Shown here: positions 1-9,865 of the stretch, piece after piece
Position numbering within the stretch: the stretch's first letter is position 1
Layout: the number at the start of each line of letters is the position of its first letter
IMG/VR virus record: IMGVR_UViG_3300037761_000147
Location: 1-48,892 of that record
Reading direction: 5' to 3' (one strand)
Length of the DNA stretch: 48,892 nucleotides
From: a virus
Lineage: Duplodnaviria > Caudoviricetes
Program-made: the position numbers and the translations under genes
The notes under the pieces: generated by a model
The model's database searches: none
What the model saw: only the letters and a program-made list of their open reading frames with translations
What the model was told of the DNA's origin: nothing

Positions 1-53
1 ACGGAGCGTGCTCATGTTGAGCGGCTAAAGCAGGTGGCGCTCGCCCGGCTCAA
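1..53 (+). repeat. Terminal direct repeat, identical to 48840-48892 (assembly circularisation overlap)
   Basis: ACGGAGCGTGCTCATG...GCCCGGCTCAA is at both ends; one reading frame runs through the junction. Confidence 0.95.
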
Positions 54-324
54 CGAGATCAACGGACTCCAGGCTCAGCTGACCCAGGCGGAGGAGTACG
101 CCCGTGAGGCTGGCGACACGGCGAGCATGGTCGAGGCCAACGCGGAGCAGGACTGCCGCGACGCCGCCGCCGACGCGCTGGACTGGGCAGCCGATGAGGC
201 TGCCCGGCGCGAGTTGGTGTTCGCCGACACCTTGCGCAGACGGGCCGCCGAGGTGCGTGCCGGGCAGCGCACCATCCCCACCCAGCCGGCCACCACCGGC
301 ACCGACACCACGGAGGAGTCATGA
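1..324 (+). CDS. 3' part of a coiled-coil hypothetical protein that begins at 48045 and wraps the junction
   Basis: Frame of ATG 48045 continues in phase into ORF 34..324 (about 372 aa in total). Confidence 0.8.
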   Translation, partial: TERAHVERLKQVALARLNEINGLQAQLTQAEEYAREAGDTASMVEANAEQDCRDAAADALDWAADEAARRELVFADTLRRRAAEVRAGQRTIPTQPATTGTDTTEES

Positions 325-437
325 CTGACTTCGAGCGCCAGGTCCGCCGGGCCGCACTGCTCGCCGCGGTCACCCGCCGGTACCGGCGGCGGCAGCTACG
401 CCGCATGAGCGTCGGCTGGTGGTGCCGCCATGGATGA
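321..437 (+). CDS. Small basic hypothetical protein (38 aa)
   Basis: GGAGGAG RBS; ATGA overlap with upstream stop. Confidence 0.5.
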   Translation: MTDFERQVRRAALLAAVTRRYRRRQLRRMSVGWWCRHG

Positions 438-591
438 GCACGACGACACGGAGGAGGGCTGGATGGGACAGCGCAGAGGACCACAGGACGACACATTCAT
501 GGCGCACTTCGGATCGTGGATACCGCTCGCGGTGCTCTCCATGATCGTGTTCGCGGTGTTGTGGATGGTGGGGAGTTGCATCGATGGCTGA
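430..591 (+). CDS. Small single-pass membrane protein (53 aa)
   Basis: Overlaps previous stop; hydrophobic WIPLAVLSMIVFAVLWMVG segment. Confidence 0.55.
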   Translation: MDEHDDTEEGWMGQRRGPQDDTFMAHFGSWIPLAVLSMIVFAVLWMVGSCIDG

Positions 592-626
592 CTGCGCAAT
601 CTGCATCGAGCTGTAGAGGAGTGACC

Positions 627-1082
627 ATGAGCATCTACACGGGGGTCGACCCCAGGGTCCTATCAGCCATCGCAGCCGACGTCATGCAACTCACCCGCCC
701 GATCCACCTAGCCGTCCGCGGCCGCATCCTCACCCACCCACCGCTGCTCGACCAACTTCGCGCCGCCACCCAACCAGGCACCACCAACAACCGGCCTGAA
801 CGCCGCCAGGTGCCAACATCCCGCCCACCCGTGGACCTGGCCGCAGTCGACCTGTTGGCCACCGTGTACGGCGAGCTGTGCGGCTGGCACACCCGCCACC
901 GGCTACCCGCACCACCATCGGGCATGGACTGGCACAAAGCCGCCCTCCGCCAGTTGGTCGGCTTGGCTCCCACCCTGGCCGGTGAGGTCGCCGACTGGTT
1001 GTCCGCTGATGTGCACAGTTGGTGGCATGACGCGGCGGTGTGCGTGGGGTGGCGACCCGCCGAACTCATGCGTGTCCGATAA
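627..1082 (+). CDS. Hypothetical actinophage protein upstream of the packaging module
   Basis: GAGGAG RBS before ATG 627 (in frame with ORF 516..1082); protein-like composition. Confidence 0.7.
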   Translation: MSIYTGVDPRVLSAIAADVMQLTRPIHLAVRGRILTHPPLLDQLRAATQPGTTNNRPERRQVPTSRPPVDLAAVDLLATVYGELCGWHTRHRLPAPPSGMDWHKAALRQLVGLAPTLAGEVADWLSADVHSWWHDAAVCVGWRPAELMRVR

Positions 1083-1200
1083 GTCGGAGCTCGGCAAAGT
1101 GTGTTAAAGTCCGCGTAAGCAATGTGTCCAGAATCGGACAGAGTGCCCCGGCGAGCGCCGTAAACGCCCCCGAGGCCGGCCAACCTAGCAGGAGGTTGAC

Positions 1201-1743
1201 GTGCCAAAGCTTACCCAAAATCATGCGCGGTCACGCGTCTGCTTCGTAGGTGTCGATCAGCACATTGGCCATGATCCGTTCAGCCGGTGCACCATCACCC
1301 GGGCTGATGGCCAGTCATGTGACCAGCCAGTACCCGGAGATGCCCCGATCAGCGCATGCTCGAGCCACCTCCGCGAAGCATGGTCGTACTGCCAGGCGCT
1401 GATGGACCGCGCCAGCGACGCACAACTCCAGGTCATCCGCGACGTCATCCCACCCCTGAAGGACCAGCGCCTGGTAGACAGGGTGCGCAAGGCCCGCTCG
1501 GTGGTGTACTACGCCTTGGCAGGCGGCTACATCAAGATCGGCACCACGGTTCACCTGGAGGATCGGATGAAGGCGCTCGGCGCGAACCTGGTCGCCGCAG
1601 AGCCTGGTGACCGGGAACTTGAGCGAGACCGGCACCGCCAGTTCGCCCCGTTGCTTGCGTCGGGCCGCGAGTACTTCTTCCCCGGCCATGAGCTGATCAG
1701 CCACGTGGCGGCGGTGCAACAGCGGTACGCTCGCGCTCAGTGA
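1201..1743 (+). CDS. GIY-YIG superfamily / T5orf172-like domain protein
   Basis: VVYY...YIKIGTT..LEDRM...AEPGDRELERDRHRQF pattern; N-terminal Cys/His cluster; AGGAGG before GTG 1201. Confidence 0.7.
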   Translation: MPKLTQNHARSRVCFVGVDQHIGHDPFSRCTITRADGQSCDQPVPGDAPISACSSHLREAWSYCQALMDRASDAQLQVIRDVIPPLKDQRLVDRVRKARSVVYYALAGGYIKIGTTVHLEDRMKALGANLVAAEPGDRELERDRHRQFAPLLASGREYFFPGHELISHVAAVQQRYARAQ

Positions 1744-1817
1744 CGCGAGTCGCCAGGGAAGCGTGAGGTTGGAGCCAGCGGCTTATCGCCCAACCCTCGG
1801 ATGATCGGGGGTGGCCG

Positions 1818-2174
1818 ATGCCCCGCCGTCCCTGTCTCGAATGCGGGGGGCTCTTTGTACCCGGGGGTGGTTTCACATCCCGGTGCCCTGTTCACACCCG
1901 GGGCATGCAAACCCGGGCCACCCTTACCAAGCGGGCACGCAGGCCCGAGCGGTCATGGGCCGAACGGGTCCGCCGCACCAACACCGTCGCCGCACACCAG
2001 GCGCAACACGGCGGCTGGTGCCCCGGGTGGCGGGTGCCTCCACACCCAGCAGCAGACCTGACAGCAGATCATGTGTTCCCTGTCGGCGCCGGTGGTGCCG
2101 AGGACGGTCCGCTGTCAGTGTTGTGTCGCTCATGCAACTCGGCCAAACGAGCAACAGTAGGTGACGCAGGGTAG
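1818..2174 (+). CDS. HNH endonuclease (packaging-associated)
   Basis: CxxC N-terminus and ADH...LCRSCN HNH motif; immediately upstream of terminase genes. Confidence 0.9.
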   Translation: MPRRPCLECGGLFVPGGGFTSRCPVHTRGMQTRATLTKRARRPERSWAERVRRTNTVAAHQAQHGGWCPGWRVPPHPAADLTADHVFPVGAGGAEDGPLSVLCRSCNSAKRATVGDAG

Positions 2175-2319
2175 GGGGGCGGGCCACACACGGGCATGTT
2201 GATCATGCCCACCACCCTCGACTTACCCTTCTCGCGATCCGTACGCTTGTGGTTCTGACCTGCGCAAACTCACGTATCCCCTGCTAGGGGTCAGTTTTTC
2301 CTACAGGGGGTGTTGACCT
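2175..2319. other. Putative cos/packaging-initiation region
   Basis: Non-coding gap between HNH and TerS with a G-run and the inverted repeat GGGCATG-N5-CATGCCC (2192-2210); position typical of HNH/cos phages; cut site not identifiable. Confidence 0.5.
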
Positions 2320-2727
2320 ATGCCGATGCCCCCGAAGCACAACCCGGCTCGTCGTAACGCCCGCATCGGCCCGGTCAAGCTGCCAGCGGAGGGCCGCGAG
2401 GGCCCGGTTCCATCCTGGCCGTTGCCCGGTCGGGTGAGTGTGTCCGAGCGGAAGGCCTGGGCGCAGTTGTGGGCGACTCCGCAGGCGGCCGCGTGGGAGC
2501 GACTTGGTTGGGTGCGCACCGTGGCGCGGTACTGCCGGGTAATGGTGGCGGCTGAGGCACGTGATGCTGTTCCAGCGTTGCTCGGCCAGGCAACCGCGCT
2601 AGAGGACCGGCTGGGTCTGACTCCGAAGGCGATGCGGCTGTTGCTGTGGGAGATCGCGTCGGATGAGTTGGCCGAGCGCCGGCCGGCTGACACGTCGGAT
2701 GTCCGGCAGCGTATTCGGGCGGTCTGA
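2320..2727 (+). CDS. terS: Terminase small subunit
   Basis: W..LWATPQA..W and EDRLGLTPKAMR.L.W motifs; precedes terL. Confidence 0.85.
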   Translation: MPMPPKHNPARRNARIGPVKLPAEGREGPVPSWPLPGRVSVSERKAWAQLWATPQAAAWERLGWVRTVARYCRVMVAAEARDAVPALLGQATALEDRLGLTPKAMRLLLWEIASDELAERRPADTSDVRQRIRAV

Positions 2728-4325
2728 TGCCGTGGCGCGGCCCGTCTGAGCCTGGCGAGTATCCGACTCTCGGCTATGGCATCGGCGAGTGGATCGAAGG
2801 GCACTGTGTCATCCCGGACGGTTACCGGCAGGGCGACCGGTACCTGTTGACGGATGAGATGTGGCGGTTCCTGCTCCGCTACTACTTGATCGCCTTTGAT
2901 GACGAGTTGGCTCCCGACGGCCTGTTGTGGTTCTACGGCGGGCAGCTTCGCCGCAGTCAGAAGTGGGGCAAGGACCCGTTTGGTGCTGCGGTCCTGCTCG
3001 CGGAGGCGCTCGGGCCGGCACGTTTCGACGGGTGGGATGCGTCCGGTGAGCCAGTCGGCGCGCCGTATCCGACGCCTTACATGCCGTGCCTGGGTACCAG
3101 CGAGGAGCAGACCGATAACACGTACCAGCCGCTGTTGGAGATGGTTCGCCGCGGTCCGCTGATCGACCTACCGGGGATGGACGCCGGGGAGACTCGGATC
3201 AAACTTCCATCCGGCGGGGAGATCGAGCCGGTGACAGCATCTGCCCGAGCCCGGCTCGGGCAGCGGATGACGTTCGCAACGTTGACGGAGACGCATCTGT
3301 GGACACCGCCGCTGTACCGGCGGCTGGCCGGTGCGGTGAAACGGAACATTGCCGGCATGGACGGCCGGTGGCTGGAGCTCACGAACGCGTGGGACCCGAC
3401 CGAGGCGTCTGAGGCGCAGGTGACGGCGGAGACGCGCAACCCGCGGGTGTACCTGAACACGGTGGAGCCGGTGCGGGTGGACGACCTCGACGACGACGAC
3501 GCGCTGTACCGGGAGCTGCTCCGCCAGTATGGCGACAGCGCCCAGGAGCGCGGTGGCTGGGTGAACATCCGGGGCCGGATCATGCACGAGGTCCGCTCCA
3601 AGGCGCATTTTGAGGCCGACCGGCGCCGGTTCTTCTTGAATGAGATCGTGGTCGGTGAGTCGGTGTTCGTGGACCCGGTTCGTTGGGACACAAAGGCCTG
3701 TCGCGGCGAGACGCTCGATGCCGGCGAAGTGGTCGCGCTCGGGTTCGACGGGTCGAAGTACCGGGACGCCACTGCACTGGTCGCGTCGCGTCTGTCGGAT
3801 GGGCGGCTGTTCACGCTGCAAATCTGGGAGCGGCCGGCCAATGCCGAGGACGGTTGGCGGGTGCCGTCGGCGAAGGTTGACCAGAAGCTCCGGGACGTGT
3901 TCGACGCGTACAAGGTCGTTGTCATGTTCGCCGACCCGTACCGGTGGCAGGACTACCTGGACGCGTGGTCGGCGCTGTGGCCGGACCGGGTGGTCGAGTT
4001 CCCGACAAACAGCGAACAGCGGATGGACAAGGCGATCGAGCGGTTCACGACGTCGTTCGAGGATGGCCAGATCACCCACGACGGCGACGCGACGCTGAGT
4101 CGGCACGCGAAGAACGCGGTGGTGGTGAAGGGATCACGTCGCAAGCCCCGGCCAGGCGAGTCTGAGCTGCTGCAGACCCACTACTTGAAGATGGCCAAGC
4201 GTGGCGACGGGTTCCTGATTGACGCCGCGGTGGCTGCGGTGTTGGCGCATGAGGCCCGGGCGCACGCGATCGAGCACGACATGGCGTCCCAGAAAACGGC
4301 GGAGGTGTGGGCGGTATGGCAGTAG
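2727..4325 (+). CDS. terL: Terminase large subunit
   Basis: Walker A-like RSQKWGKDP, Walker B-like TLTETH, RuvC-like GFDGS..D and IDAAVAA motifs. Confidence 0.95.
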   Translation: MPWRGPSEPGEYPTLGYGIGEWIEGHCVIPDGYRQGDRYLLTDEMWRFLLRYYLIAFDDELAPDGLLWFYGGQLRRSQKWGKDPFGAAVLLAEALGPARFDGWDASGEPVGAPYPTPYMPCLGTSEEQTDNTYQPLLEMVRRGPLIDLPGMDAGETRIKLPSGGEIEPVTASARARLGQRMTFATLTETHLWTPPLYRRLAGAVKRNIAGMDGRWLELTNAWDPTEASEAQVTAETRNPRVYLNTVEPVRVDDLDDDDALYRELLRQYGDSAQERGGWVNIRGRIMHEVRSKAHFEADRRRFFLNEIVVGESVFVDPVRWDTKACRGETLDAGEVVALGFDGSKYRDATALVASRLSDGRLFTLQIWERPANAEDGWRVPSAKVDQKLRDVFDAYKVVVMFADPYRWQDYLDAWSALWPDRVVEFPTNSEQRMDKAIERFTTSFEDGQITHDGDATLSRHAKNAVVVKGSRRKPRPGESELLQTHYLKMAKRGDGFLIDAAVAAVLAHEARAHAIEHDMASQKTAEVWAVWQ

Positions 4326-4573
4326 CGGTCCCGTTCACCTCCCAGCCGACCCGGTGGCGGCAGGTTGTATCCGCGGTGGTGGTGCGTGCGGCTACCCGGG
4401 CTCGGCGGACTTCACGGGTTGCCCGGGCGCGTGCCGGTTACGCCGGTGGGGTGGCGATGGCCGCCTCGGGTGTGGCGGTGCAGTTCGGGTTGGGTTGGGC
4501 GTTGATGGCCGCCGGTGTGGTCGCCGCAGGGTCGTTCCTGTGGTTGTACGACGTGGATGAGGCGCGGACGTGA
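4316..4573 (+). CDS. Small two-TM membrane protein between terL and portal
   Basis: Two hydrophobic segments; overlaps both neighbours. Confidence 0.65.
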   Translation: MAVAVPFTSQPTRWRQVVSAVVVRAATRARRTSRVARARAGYAGGVAMAASGVAVQFGLGWALMAAGVVAAGSFLWLYDVDEART

Positions 4574-5943
4574 CGAGCTTGGCGCAGCATGCACGCCGCG
4601 GCTTCACTTGGCCGTTCCCGAGCGACGGCCTGGAGTCGTACTCGTTCGCCGGTTCGACCTACCTGGGTTATGCGTCGGTGGGTGGTGGGGCGCCGGACCG
4701 GGAGGCCCCGCCATCCGGGTTCACCCAGTTGGCAGAGTCTGCGTTTCGTTCCAATTCGGTGGTGTTCGCCTGCGAGTTGAAACGGATGTCGATCTTCTCC
4801 GAGGCCCGGTTCGTGTACCGGGGGTTTGAGAAGGGGCGGCCTGGCCGGCTGTTCAGCCTGCCGGATCTGGCCATTCTGGAACGGCCGTGGCCGCGGGGTA
4901 CAACCGGCGACCTGCTGTCGCGGATGCTGTTGCATGCCGATCTTGGTGGTAACGCGTTCGTGGCCCGCACCGAAGACCAGCCGGACCGGCTGCGGCTGCT
5001 TCGCCCCGACTGGGTGACGATCGTAATGGGCACCCCTTCGGGCCGGCCGGTGGAGTCGGCCGCACAGTTGGACGCGGAGATCATCGGGTTCATCTACGAC
5101 CCGCAGGACGGGTTGACCGACGCGGAGGCGTTGACCGCCGAGGAAGTGGGCCATTTCGCGCCGATCCCGGATCCGCTGGCCCGGTTCCGCGGGATGAGCT
5201 GGTTGACACCGGCGATCCGTGAGATTCAGGCGGACCAGTCGGCGACCATGCACAAGCTGGCGTTCTTCGAGAACGGCGCCACCCCGCAGGTGGTTGTGTC
5301 GTTCGATGCCAGCGTGACCCCGGAGCAGTTCCAGGGGTTCGTTGCGAAGATGGACGACACCCATAAGGGCTGGCGCAACGCATACAAAACGCTGTACCTG
5401 GGCGGCGGCGCGACCCCAACGGTGGTCGGCAAGGACCTGCAGCAACTGGATTTCAGCAAGACGCAGGGCAAGGGTGAGACGCGGATCATTGCTGATGCCG
5501 GGTTGCATCCGGTGATGGTGCCCTCATCGGAGGGCATGCAGGGTTCGTCGTTGAACGCTGGCAACTACGGTTCGGCCCGCCGGTCGGTGGCGGATACCAC
5601 GTTCCGGCCGTTGTGGCGTCAGGTCGCCGGTGACCTGGCCTCAATCGTTCCGGTGCCGGGTGGTTCCGAGCTCTGGTATGACGAGGAGAACATCCCGTTC
5701 TTGCGTGAGGACGTCGGTGACCGGGCTGAGATTCAGAAGGTGAAGGCGTCGACGATCCGCACGCTGGTTGACACCGGCTATGACGCTGCATCGGTGGTGG
5801 CCGCGGTGGAGGCCGAGGACATGGCACTACTGGTCCATTCTGGGTTGTTCTCGGTGCAGCTGCAGCCGGCCGGGACCCTGCAACGCCCGATCAAGGCCGG
5901 GGAGCCGTTGGCGATCACCGGAGGTGAATCGGCTGATGAGTGA
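4570..5943 (+). CDS. Portal protein (HK97 family)
   Basis: LGGNAF, LRLLRPDWV, RGMSWL, FFENGATP motifs; position after terL. Confidence 0.95.
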   Translation: MTSLAQHARRGFTWPFPSDGLESYSFAGSTYLGYASVGGGAPDREAPPSGFTQLAESAFRSNSVVFACELKRMSIFSEARFVYRGFEKGRPGRLFSLPDLAILERPWPRGTTGDLLSRMLLHADLGGNAFVARTEDQPDRLRLLRPDWVTIVMGTPSGRPVESAAQLDAEIIGFIYDPQDGLTDAEALTAEEVGHFAPIPDPLARFRGMSWLTPAIREIQADQSATMHKLAFFENGATPQVVVSFDASVTPEQFQGFVAKMDDTHKGWRNAYKTLYLGGGATPTVVGKDLQQLDFSKTQGKGETRIIADAGLHPVMVPSSEGMQGSSLNAGNYGSARRSVADTTFRPLWRQVAGDLASIVPVPGGSELWYDEENIPFLREDVGDRAEIQKVKASTIRTLVDTGYDAASVVAAVEAEDMALLVHSGLFSVQLQPAGTLQRPIKAGEPLAITGGESADE

Positions 5944-7147
5944 CGACGCGACGCGCGCCATGATGACCGGCGCGATGATGAACGACCTGCCGGACTCGGC
6001 ATTTGCCTACATCGAACCAGGTGGGACTAAGGACGACCAGGGTAAGACGGTGCCGCGTTCGCTGCGGCACTTCCCGATCCACGACGCCGCCCACGTACGT
6101 AACGCCTTGGCCAGGGCTCCGCAGTCGCCGTTCGGAGACAAGGCCATGCCGAAGATCAAAGCCGCGGCGAGGAAGTTTGGTATCGAAGTGAGCGACGACA
6201 AGACCAGCCGCGCCGAGTGGAGCACTGGATCGCAACTGTTCGTCCGGTCCTACCCGTTGGAGGACATCCGGATCCTGACTCGCGCCCAGGGCAGCGAGTT
6301 CGGCGACGGGCGCACTGTCGAGGCGTACGTGGCCGTCTTCGACCGTGAGGCGGAGATCCAGGACCACGAAGGCCACTACAAGGAGACGCTGGAACGCAGC
6401 GTGTTCAACAAGGCGATCGCCGACGCGCGCCCGCAGGGCGGCCGCCAGTCGTGGCGGACCGGGGTGTTCTACAACCACGGGATGACCCTGTTCGGCACCC
6501 CGTCGGACCGGTTCTCGGTGCCGCTGGGATCGCCGCGGGACATCCGGGCGGAGGAGCGTGGGCTGCTAACCATCACCCGTTACAACGAGACCCCGCTCGC
6601 AGACGAGATCCTGGAGGCGATCCGCTCCGGTGACATCACCGGACACAGCTTCGCCGGCCGGATCATCCGCTCCGACCCTCGCCGGCCACCCCGCGGCGGT
6701 TACCGTCGTCGCTCTGATGGTGCCCTGCCTGTGGTGCGGCGGGTGGAGATGGGTCTACGGGAGTACGGCCCCACCCCGTTCCCCGCATACGCCGACGCGG
6801 AGTTGGTCGGCGTCCGAAGCATGCTGACGGGGATGGCCCTGCCAGCACTTTTGTCCGCCACTCGTGAGGCGGCTATCCGCGAGATCGTCGATTCCGGCAT
6901 GGATCCGGAAGAGGCGACGCGTGCGGCCGCCGACGAGCCGGAGGACAGCGACACTTCCGCACCGATTGTGGAAGTCGTCACCGACGAGCCGCCCGCCGAT
7001 GGTGAGCACTTGAGCCGGGATTCCCTGCTGCGGCGTATCGCCGCAGCGAAGACTGCGAGGCCGGGACTTGCCGGCCCGCTCGGCTCTCAGACGCGCCGAG
7101 CACGGGTCGAGGCGATCACCCGGTCGGGAGGGAACGGCTCGGAATGA
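5936..7147 (+). CDS. HK97-type prohead protease with N-terminal DUF6582-like domain
   Basis: YVAVF, FYNHG (His), GHSF (Ser), LREYGPTPFPAY motifs; N-terminal DLPDSAFA..RHFPIHDAAHVRNALAR; GGAGG RBS. Confidence 0.9.
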   Translation: MSDDATRAMMTGAMMNDLPDSAFAYIEPGGTKDDQGKTVPRSLRHFPIHDAAHVRNALARAPQSPFGDKAMPKIKAAARKFGIEVSDDKTSRAEWSTGSQLFVRSYPLEDIRILTRAQGSEFGDGRTVEAYVAVFDREAEIQDHEGHYKETLERSVFNKAIADARPQGGRQSWRTGVFYNHGMTLFGTPSDRFSVPLGSPRDIRAEERGLLTITRYNETPLADEILEAIRSGDITGHSFAGRIIRSDPRRPPRGGYRRRSDGALPVVRRVEMGLREYGPTPFPAYADAELVGVRSMLTGMALPALLSATREAAIREIVDSGMDPEEATRAAADEPEDSDTSAPIVEVVTDEPPADGEHLSRDSLLRRIAAAKTARPGLAGPLGSQTRRARVEAITRSGGNGSE

Positions 7148-8532
7148 AGTTGACCGAGATCGTCGAACGGCAGGAAGCGATTCGTGCCGAACTCGACACA
7201 ATCGAGCGGAATCCGGCGAGCGCCGAGGAGAGCGACGGCGACTACGTGGACACGCTCATCGACGAGTACGACACGTTGGAGCGGCGGCGGGTGCCGCTGG
7301 CCGAGCGTGCCCAGAAGCTGAACCTGATTCACGCGGCGAGCAAGGACGAGAAGTCCACGGAGCCTGCCGAGGCTCGCCGCACCGAAACGCCGACGCAGGT
7401 GTACCGGAACAAGCGGGACCCGTTCGACGACATGGAAGCGGTGCGGACGAACATGCTCCGCGGCTCGGAGATGCGGGAACGGGCCCAGGATGCGATCGAG
7501 TGGGTTTCCCGCTCCGGGTGGGTGGACTTCCCGCACGATCATGCGGAGCGGGCGACCCAGCTCGCCACGCAGTCGAAGGGCATCGCCCGGCACATCCTGC
7601 TCACCGGTACCCAGGACTACTACGAGTCGTTCCGCTCGTACCTGGCAGATCCGGAGGGGCTGGCCCAGCGGGCCACAACGGTCGGCACCGGCAGCCTCGG
7701 CTACATGCTGCCGTTCCCGCTCGACCCGACGATCATCCTCACGAACGCGGGTTCGTCGAACCCGTACCGTCGGGTGGCGCGGGTTGAGCAGACCACATCG
7801 AACACGTGGAACGGGGTTACGTCCGCGGGTGTGGACGCCGCGTTCGGCGCCGAGTCGGTGGCTGCCACCGACGCCAACCCGGCCGTGGCTCAGCTGCAGA
7901 TCACTCCGCAGCGGGCCCGCGCCTGGGTGTTCGGCTCGTACGAGTCTCTGGCCGACTCTGACCTCGGCGCGCAGCTTCCCAGGCTGTTCGCCGACGCGAA
8001 GGACCGGCTGGAGGAGGGCGCGTTCGCAACCGGCGCCGGCACCGGCGTCTTCCCGCAGGGTGCGGTCACCGCGGCCACCACCGGTAACACGGCGGCGGTC
8101 ACGGCGTACGCGGTGGCGGACGTGTACACGCTGCAGGCCAGGCTCAGCCCACGGTTCCGCAACTCGCGGTCCGCGGCGTTCCTGGCGAACCTGTTCTACC
8201 TGAACAAGACCCGCCAGTTCGACACGGCCGGCGGTTCTTCGTTCTGGGCGAACCTCGGCCAGGGCACCCCCGAGCAGCTGCTCGGCAAGCCCATCTTCGA
8301 GTCGAGTTCCATGTCGTCTGGTACGGCCACCGGTTCGCTGGTGCTGTTGTTCGGCGACTTCGAGCAGTATGTGATCGTCGACAGGGTTGGTATGTCGATC
8401 CTGTACAACCCGATGATCATGTCCGCGGCTACCGGCAACCTGCCGACCGGCGAAGCGGGCTGGTTCGCGTTCTGGCGTGTCGGTGCGAAGGCGAGTACCG
8501 CCAACGCGCTGCAGGCGCTCCGCATTCAGTAA
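7144..8532 (+). CDS. Major capsid protein (HK97 fold, with delta domain)
   Basis: Coiled-coil N-terminus; GY..P, LLGKPI, FGDF..Y.IVDR, WRVG motifs. Confidence 0.95.
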   Translation: MKLTEIVERQEAIRAELDTIERNPASAEESDGDYVDTLIDEYDTLERRRVPLAERAQKLNLIHAASKDEKSTEPAEARRTETPTQVYRNKRDPFDDMEAVRTNMLRGSEMRERAQDAIEWVSRSGWVDFPHDHAERATQLATQSKGIARHILLTGTQDYYESFRSYLADPEGLAQRATTVGTGSLGYMLPFPLDPTIILTNAGSSNPYRRVARVEQTTSNTWNGVTSAGVDAAFGAESVAATDANPAVAQLQITPQRARAWVFGSYESLADSDLGAQLPRLFADAKDRLEEGAFATGAGTGVFPQGAVTAATTGNTAAVTAYAVADVYTLQARLSPRFRNSRSAAFLANLFYLNKTRQFDTAGGSSFWANLGQGTPEQLLGKPIFESSSMSSGTATGSLVLLFGDFEQYVIVDRVGMSILYNPMIMSAATGNLPTGEAGWFAFWRVGAKASTANALQALRIQ

Positions 8533-8545
8533 GCAGTACGAGATC

Positions 8546-8581
8546 GTCGGGCAGGCCGGATCCCATGCCGGTCTGCCCGAC
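8546..8581 (+). terminator. Stem-loop after the capsid gene (terminator/attenuator)
   Basis: GTCGGGCAGGCCGG / CCGGTCTGCCCGAC 14-bp stem with one G-U pair; no U-tract. Confidence 0.6.
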
Positions 8582-8597
8582 CCACATGGGAGATCAC

Positions 8598-9602
8598 ATG
8601 ACCAAGCCGTTGATGATCCTCGGCTATCCGCACGATGCCGACGGTTCCGGCTACTACCGGTTCTACCTGCCGTTTAAGCATCTGGCCCGAGGCACTGAAC
8701 ACCGGATTCTGCTGCCTCAGCCTGGGCAACGGTTTACCCCTAGCATGGATCAGGTCGAGGAAATCGACATGATCTGCGGGCAGCGGTTCATCGGCCCCGA
8801 GGGGATGGCCCTGTGGGAGGGCTGGAAGTCCAAGACGCTGCTGGTCTACGAGAACGACGACGACGTGCTGCACCCGGACAACTCGTCGGGGTTGGCGTTC
8901 TGGCACGACGAGCATATCCGAGAGTCGTACAAGAAGAACGTGGCCATCTCCGATCTGGTCACAGTATCGACTGAGCCGTTGGCCGATGAGATGCGGCAGT
9001 ACAACCCGAACGTGGTGATCCTCCCCAACCATGTAGACGGGGACCTGCTGACTCAGGACCGGCCCCGCCGCGACAGGCTGACCATCGGCTGGGCCGGCGG
9101 CATGTCGCATCTGATCGACTGGATGCAGGCCGCCGAACCGTTGCGTGGCGTGCTCGACGCGGACCCTGACCTGGACATGCACTTCGTCGGCATCGACTAT
9201 TCGCCGCTGCTGCACCGCGAATGCCGGTTCACGCCGTGGAAGGCCGACACCTGGGCCTACTACAAGAGCATCGACTTCGACATCGGCCTCGCGCCGCTGG
9301 CCGACACCACGTTCAACACCTCGAAGTCGCACATCAAGGCACTGGAATACATGAGCCTCGGCATCCCGGTGATCGCATCACGGCGGCCGGCCTACCAGGA
9401 CATGGTGGTCGATGGGGTCACCGGCTACTTGGTCCGCGGCGAGGATGAGTGGCGGCGCCGTCTGAACGAGTTGGTCAACGACGAGGCGATGCGCGCCGAG
9501 ATGGGTGCGAAGGGTCGCGAGGTCGCCGCGAACTGGACGATCCAGCAGGGCTGGAAAATGTGGCGGGATGCTTACGAAGGGGTGGCCGAATGGCACGCTT
9601 GA
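8598..9602 (+). CDS. Glycosyltransferase, GT-B fold (GT4-like)
   Basis: GSGYYR, YENDD, VTVSTE.L, IGWAGG.SH, DIGLAPL...FN.SKSHIKALEY..LGIPVIAS motifs. Confidence 0.9.
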   Translation: MTKPLMILGYPHDADGSGYYRFYLPFKHLARGTEHRILLPQPGQRFTPSMDQVEEIDMICGQRFIGPEGMALWEGWKSKTLLVYENDDDVLHPDNSSGLAFWHDEHIRESYKKNVAISDLVTVSTEPLADEMRQYNPNVVILPNHVDGDLLTQDRPRRDRLTIGWAGGMSHLIDWMQAAEPLRGVLDADPDLDMHFVGIDYSPLLHRECRFTPWKADTWAYYKSIDFDIGLAPLADTTFNTSKSHIKALEYMSLGIPVIASRRPAYQDMVVDGVTGYLVRGEDEWRRRLNELVNDEAMRAEMGAKGREVAANWTIQQGWKMWRDAYEGVAEWHA

Positions 9603-9865
9603 CCAGACTGATGCGGTGTCACACCCCGCATTGGCAGGGCAACGACATGATGAAAGTCGGCACGGTGCTGCCCGAAGGACATCGGAAGGTGATCCCGATC
9701 TACTTCGAGCCGTTTGAGCCGGACGTCGACATCGCAGGCTTCGTGGATGATGAACTACCGCCCCCACCGCAGGCGCAGCCACCGACCGAGGCCAGGAAGC
9801 GGCCGGGTCGGCCGAAGTTGCCGCGGGACACCGAGGGCAACATCGTCCGGGACTCGACGCCGTGA
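9590..9865 (+). CDS. Small hypothetical protein with a basic KRPGRPK (AT-hook-like) motif
   Basis: Fills the gap with overlaps at both ends; resembles small post-capsid proteins. Confidence 0.6.
   Translation: MARLTRLMRCHTPHWQGNDMMKVGTVLPEGHRKVIPIYFEPFEPDVDIAGFVDDELPPPPQAQPPTEARKRPGRPKLPRDTEGNIVRDSTP

Noticed and set aside
1-53. Terminal 53-bp repeat as a biological direct terminal repeat or att core
   Set aside because: It falls mid-ORF, far from terminase and integrase; the HNH-TerS-TerL layout points to cos ends; best explained as assembler overlap
616-633. 18-bp GAGGAGTGACCATGAGCA also present inverted at 31965-31982
   Set aside because: Mostly RBS plus start codon, so convergence is plausible; no sign of an invertible segment
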